Assembly (NCBI GenBank): GCA_032718475.1
Contig: JAUCBJ010008339.1
Location: 1 to 57,587 of the forward strand
Direction of reading: 5' to 3'
Source: Nemertoderma westbladi
Lineage: Eukaryota; Animalia; Xenacoelomorpha
Length of the DNA: 57,587 nucleotides
This document shows positions 53,311 to 57,587 of the stretch, piece after piece. The notes beneath the pieces are model-generated. The model was not told where the DNA came from. It made no database searches and saw nothing but the letters and a program-made list of their open reading frames with translations. Made by a program: the position numbers and the translations under genes. Position 1 is the first letter of the stretch. Every line of letters begins with the position of its first letter.

Positions 53311-53444
53311 TGAATTATTTCACTATAAGATAGCATTTGTAGTTTAACTTTAACGTAAAAACTTTCGAAAATCCAACGTATTTTGATTGAGCTACAGTAA
53401 TGTAATATGCCTATTCATATTTGTACACATAAAACCCTTAGGTA

Positions 53445-53522
53445 CTCTCGTGGCGTAGTGGTCAGATGGTTAAGGCGTTGGTTACATTACATAGGTTACG
53501 AGTTCGAATCCCAGTCGGGAAA
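53445..53522 (+). other. tRNA-derived module (A box and B box) inside the LTR
   Basis: TGGCGTAGTGG at 53451, GTTCGAATCCC at 53502, and acceptor-like pairing TCTCG/CGGGA. Confidence 0.65.
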
Positions 53523-53566
53523 TTTGTATTTTGGGGCCATTTATTTTCGTATGGTGCTAATTGGTA

Positions 53567-53818
53567 GGCCAATGAGAAGCGTACAGCGTAGCGAATGATG
53601 AGCCAGGCCAATCATAGGGCATAAATTATCTTATTGCTCAAATGTGAGGCAGTGGAAAATTCTGTTAGGATTCCATGTCCCAGATTAGTGTAAGGGCCGG
53701 ACTGCGTTGAACGATGAGCTGGGCCAATCATAGGGCACGAAGCACTTCATTGCTCAATGGTGAAGCTGTGGAAAATTCTGTTTAGTTTCCATGTGCAATT
53801 TCTAGTATAAAAGGCCGG
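53567..53818 (+). promoter_or_regulatory. LTR U3 promoter: duplicated enhancer-like unit of about 117 bp, CCAAT boxes and TATA
   Basis: GATGAGC..GGCCAATCATAGGGCA..ATTGCTCAA..GTGGAAAATTCTGTT..GGCCGG occurs twice; TATAAAA is present only in the second copy. Confidence 0.6.
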
Positions 53819-53987
53819 TTTGCCTTCGGTTATCACTTCTCTTGTTATCACGTCATACACACCTTACCCCCTTCTTAGATCGTTTATTCTTGTAAAATTA
53901 GTTAATTCGGTTTCTTGTTGAAACTTTATTTGATAAATCCTTTTGTAAAACTGTAAATATACTGCAAATTCCTGACATGTTTTCTTT

Positions 53988-54009
53988 TGGTCCAACTTCG
54001 GGACAGCCG
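53988..54009 (+). promoter_or_regulatory. Primer-binding site, tRNA-Tyr-like, interrupted
   Basis: TGGTCC[AAC]TTCG[GGAC]AGCCG matches TGGTCCTTCGAGCCG (complement of the tRNA-Tyr 3' end) once two insertions are looped out. Confidence 0.6.
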
Positions 54010-56465
54010 AACATCAGGGAGATGGCAGCCTAGATCGTTAGGCCGTAAGCAACGCAGGGAAGGGATGTCCACAACACGCTAGCGCCCACATTGGATTGAC
54101 CGCGCACCCCCTTTGCCCCTTCGAAATACTCCACTTGCTATGCAGCGCCCGCTTTGTGAGAAGGTAAGACTTTGTTCGACGCCCTTGCCCTCCGTAAGAC
54201 CTATAGATCAGGGTAAGCGTGACACCGTACTGGACGCCGCAAATTTAGGATCAAATAATTATATCCAGACAACCCCCCCCCCCTTTGTCAAGTCCTACGA
54301 ATCCCTGGGTTAACCTGTACTTCCTACAGGTGCGAACTATTGCCATTCGTCAGTACGCGAGTACATATTAGGTACGGACAGCATATGTTCCATAATTTAG
54401 TGATTCATAGCACTGACTGTTTGGTACCGGTTCGCTTTGTAGAACGTACATTAGTACCCCCCCCCCCCCCCCCCCCCCCCCTCCTGTCTGGAGTTAGCTA
54501 TTTGATCAGGCAAGGAGCATTTCTGCTACCGGCACACTGCTTGGCCTAGGGAGGTTTATTAATATCCTACCGCGCCTTGCCACGTACTGATAGGTATTGC
54601 TGCTAACTACCGCAGCAACAAAGTTCTAGAATTAAATTAGTATACCAGATCAGCTAACATACGGTAGCGATTAACCCCTATTCTTATCTTACAACCAGAA
54701 TCTGGTATTAGTGCCGATCACGGGTGTAGTTACTAACACTGTGGTTGCCCATTGGGTTGTGGATAGGAAGGAGAGAGCTTTGACGTCATTCGTGAGTATA
54801 AAGTTCTACAAAAGCTACTAGCTATAGCGTACTATACATTACTTTAGGTGGAAATTGTCTGTATTTGTAAAATTAGGATCTGATTTAGTTGCGGCGATAA
54901 GGAGTATTTCACTTTCGTTATTAAACTGTTGTTTGTCTGGACAACGGTATTGTTACATTTAGGCCTGACCTTTTAGACTGATTTCGTACAGGGGGATCAG
55001 TTATTGTTACATTTAGGTACGACCCCTTTTCGACTGATTTAGGACTGTCAGTGTTGTTACGCTAGGTCTGTTAACCCACTAGCTCGTATATAAACCATAT
55101 AAATCACACCGCGGCAAGTTACTGTATTTAGGACTGTCAGTGATAGTTAGGATTCGCTGCGCGGGGATTGTTTTCCCGTGAGTTTGGTCTGTTACTGTAA
55201 CTGTACATCTGCCTCACCGGTTAGAGGACAGGTATCCTTCTGTCTAGTACGTAGGCATTAGACCCGCTCACGTACATAGAATAGATACAAGGCTCTGTTC
55301 CTCGCCAGTAGTCGTTTGTGTACTGTATCTGTTTGTTTAGATATCCTGGACTGGGATTTGTTGTCAGATACTGTACAAGCCCGTATACATTACTAGAGTC
55401 TCATAGTAAGATACATCGTTACTAGGATCTGGTAAGCGGTATACTACTGGACCCTTACAGTAGGAAGTATTATATAAATTAGTGTATAGTATTTCTATCG
55501 TAGTGTAAAATATTCCTACCTTACAGTAGGAAGTATTGTTTAATATACGCTAAGTATATTATACAAATTCTGAAATTAGCGTATAGTATAGTTTAGATCT
55601 GTTAGCTATTGAAAGTAGGAGATATTTAAAAATTAAGGTTAGTAAATTTAGTAATCTAGAACGTCCCCTGCTTCAGTAGGCTTTTAGGGTAGCTAGTACT
55701 TTCGTATTTAATATTTGACTAGCTAACAGTTAGTTTGTAGCACTTTGTTTTACGCCGTGTGTGTGCGGTGTTACTTTTCGGTACTTGAAAAGGTACATAG
55801 GGTTTAAAGACCAATTTGTATCGGTACCTAGGAAGATTTTTCGTAAGCGTAGAAGTAAAACTCTCACCTTTGACCTTTTCAGGACTCAAGGACTCATTTC
55901 TGGACCGCTTCGAGGATTAGACCGCTTTTCGCAAAGTTTGGGAGACAATAAATTCGTCCGCGCCGCCGAAAAATGGAAAGACCCACGTCCGGTTTGTATT
56001 TGGGAATTTGTACGACTGGAAGATCAAAGGAACGTAAGTTTTACGACTCGCGTCGTTCAAACTTAAGAAAGCACAGTAGTACTCAAAATTTGTGGGTTTC
56101 ACTGTCTATTAGTAGTGTTGTTGGTACTTATTTTCCCGTTAGACGTTGCTGTTTGGCCTATTGTTTATACTTGTTGATCTACATTTTGTTAACGTATACC
56201 GTTATCTCACTTATTCATACAAATTTAGCCGGTAGGCTAGATTACTACTTATTTTATTATATACCTTGTTAGTTTATTTGTACCGGTTAGGGTATATATA
56301 TGATATATATATATATCAAGGTAAGTTTGACATTTGTACATTTCGACATTTTGACATTTCGACATTCTGACTTGTTGATTTATTTGTACCGGTTAGGTAA
56401 GTTTGACACTTCAACATTCAGACACTTGACATTTTATTACCCGTACTTGACGTATATAATAAGAC

Positions 56466-57587
56466 ATGAGTGACACACCCCATTCGACGAGATACCCACC
56501 TACCGACTATGACTCGTGCGACCCGGACAGATCGACAGTAGACGAACCGAGAAGGAGAACCCGAGATTCCACCGATGTCACACCGCTTGCGTCGCCGGTA
56601 CCCCGAACGGAAATACCGGAAACCGCAACGCGTGGCGACGGCAGAATCGAAGATTTCCTTACCGTCCCGCAGACTAGATCGCGGGAACCGGACATGGTAA
56701 GTTCGACTGGAAGCCAGGAGAATGTTATCAGAAGTATAGGAGGACACATGGCCCAGATTACTCGGAACCTCGGAGAAGGTTTTCGCGTTTTACGCGAGTT
56801 AACCGCCCCGATGTCGAGATACGAGTTCTACACCTTACAGGTAAGGATAGAAAGTAGGGTACATGCCTCCGTAGATAAACTTAAAGGTTTGCACGAACTT
56901 GCAGAGTTGCGTGGTGACAACTTTACTCAGGTAAAGATAGTAGATAAATTGGTAAGTGCGAGAGAAAGCCTTATCCAGTTTAAGTCGGTGATAAGATTGG
57001 CTCAACAGGAGCAGTTCGACCAACTGCTAGGTGAGTCAGTTTCGGACGCGTTGTTACAACCCGAAGAGGAAGAAGAACTCTACTGCCTGGACGGAAGGTT
57101 GGAAACGCTGACCAATTTTCTTCGTAGATGCGGCGTACCGATCGACGAACCGGAAGTCGAACCGCGAGGGACGACGGAAGTTCTCACTACGGAAGGCTCG
57201 CGAGCCTACCAACATCCACCACTGGATAGATCGTTCGTTAGCGTACGGAGCGACGTTGGCAACATTGGCGACGTTAGTAGAACAGCGTCTGGAATTACTC
57301 GACAACAACAAGAGGTTGCACGCCGACAACAAGTCGCCGAGGAAGAAGCGCGACACCGGATGGCACAGATCGCCATCGAAGGAGAGAAACAACATAGAGA
57401 AGCGGAAGCAATAATTGCACAACTCAAGGCGCAAGCTGAATTCGAAGCTTCGGAAATGCGCAGACTGGAGGAGGACTTAGTGCGAGAAGCGGCAGCAGCC
57501 GACGAGTTAGCACGACAGGCGGCAGCAGCTGACGAGTTAGCACGACAGACGGCAGCCGACAAGTTAGTACGAGTTGCGGCGGTAAAT
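56466..57587 (+). CDS. Gag-like N-terminal ORF of the LTR element (partial, runs off the window; absent from the ORF track)
   Basis: 374 stop-free codons MSDTPHSTRY...RSIGGHMAQITR...EEEARHRMAQ...AAAADELARQ. GH..QITR resembles BEL/Pao gag N-termini, and the tail is coiled-coil-like. Confidence 0.75.
   Translation, partial: MSDTPHSTRYPPTDYDSCDPDRSTVDEPRRRTRDSTDVTPLASPVPRTEIPETATRGDGRIEDFLTVPQTRSREPDMVSSTGSQENVIRSIGGHMAQITRNLGEGFRVLRELTAPMSRYEFYTLQVRIESRVHASVDKLKGLHELAELRGDNFTQVKIVDKLVSARESLIQFKSVIRLAQQEQFDQLLGESVSDALLQPEEEEELYCLDGRLETLTNFLRRCGVPIDEPEVEPRGTTEVLTTEGSRAYQHPPLDRSFVSVRSDVGNIGDVSRTASGITRQQQEVARRQQVAEEEARHRMAQIAIEGEKQHREAEAIIAQLKAQAEFEASEMRRLEEDLVREAAAADELARQAAAADELARQTAADKLVRVAAVN

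Larger units (their letters stand above)
53306..53977 (+). mobile_element. 5' LTR (672 bp) of an LTR retrotransposon, probably BEL/Pao
   Basis: TG...CA ends with imperfect inverted termini TGTGATGAATT / AATTCCTGACA (9/11); CCAAT boxes; TATAAAA at 53806; PBS-like TGG 10 nt downstream. Confidence 0.75.

Noticed and set aside
53445-53522. Functional tRNA gene
   Set aside because: The D-loop region has an insertion and the anticodon arm does not fold cleanly; treated as tRNA-derived.
56418-57562. Minus-strand ORFs in the track near the window end
   Set aside because: Shadows of the longer + strand gag-like frame starting at 56466.

Overview
Gene-poor, repeat-dominated eukaryotic (very likely invertebrate animal) DNA, with no host gene, rRNA or CRISPR array that I can support. 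The left 34 kb is a run of unrelated tandem arrays: a 13.7-kb 37-bp satellite plus 52-, 46/48-, 16-, 13-, 7/10-, 60- and 16-bp units. MITE-like and foldback elements lie among and after them. The right part holds stacked retroelements: a frameshifted LINE ORF1 with only a stub of ORF2, a decayed BEL/Pao element, and a near-intact single-ORF CR1-group LINE (signal-like leader, 2A-like [14 protein letters not shown] endonuclease, RT). A second LTR element, probably BEL/Pao, is inserted in the last codons of that LINE. It has a 672-bp LTR containing a tRNA-like module, a split tRNA-Tyr-like PBS, and a gag-like ORF that the ORF track missed. Features not in the ORF track include four type I hammerhead-ribozyme-like motifs, all on the minus strand. 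One sits in the anticodon-arm position of a tRNA-like Pol III A/B-box scaffold, and two lie within 100 bp of a tandem array. All calls were made by eye and need database or experimental confirmation.
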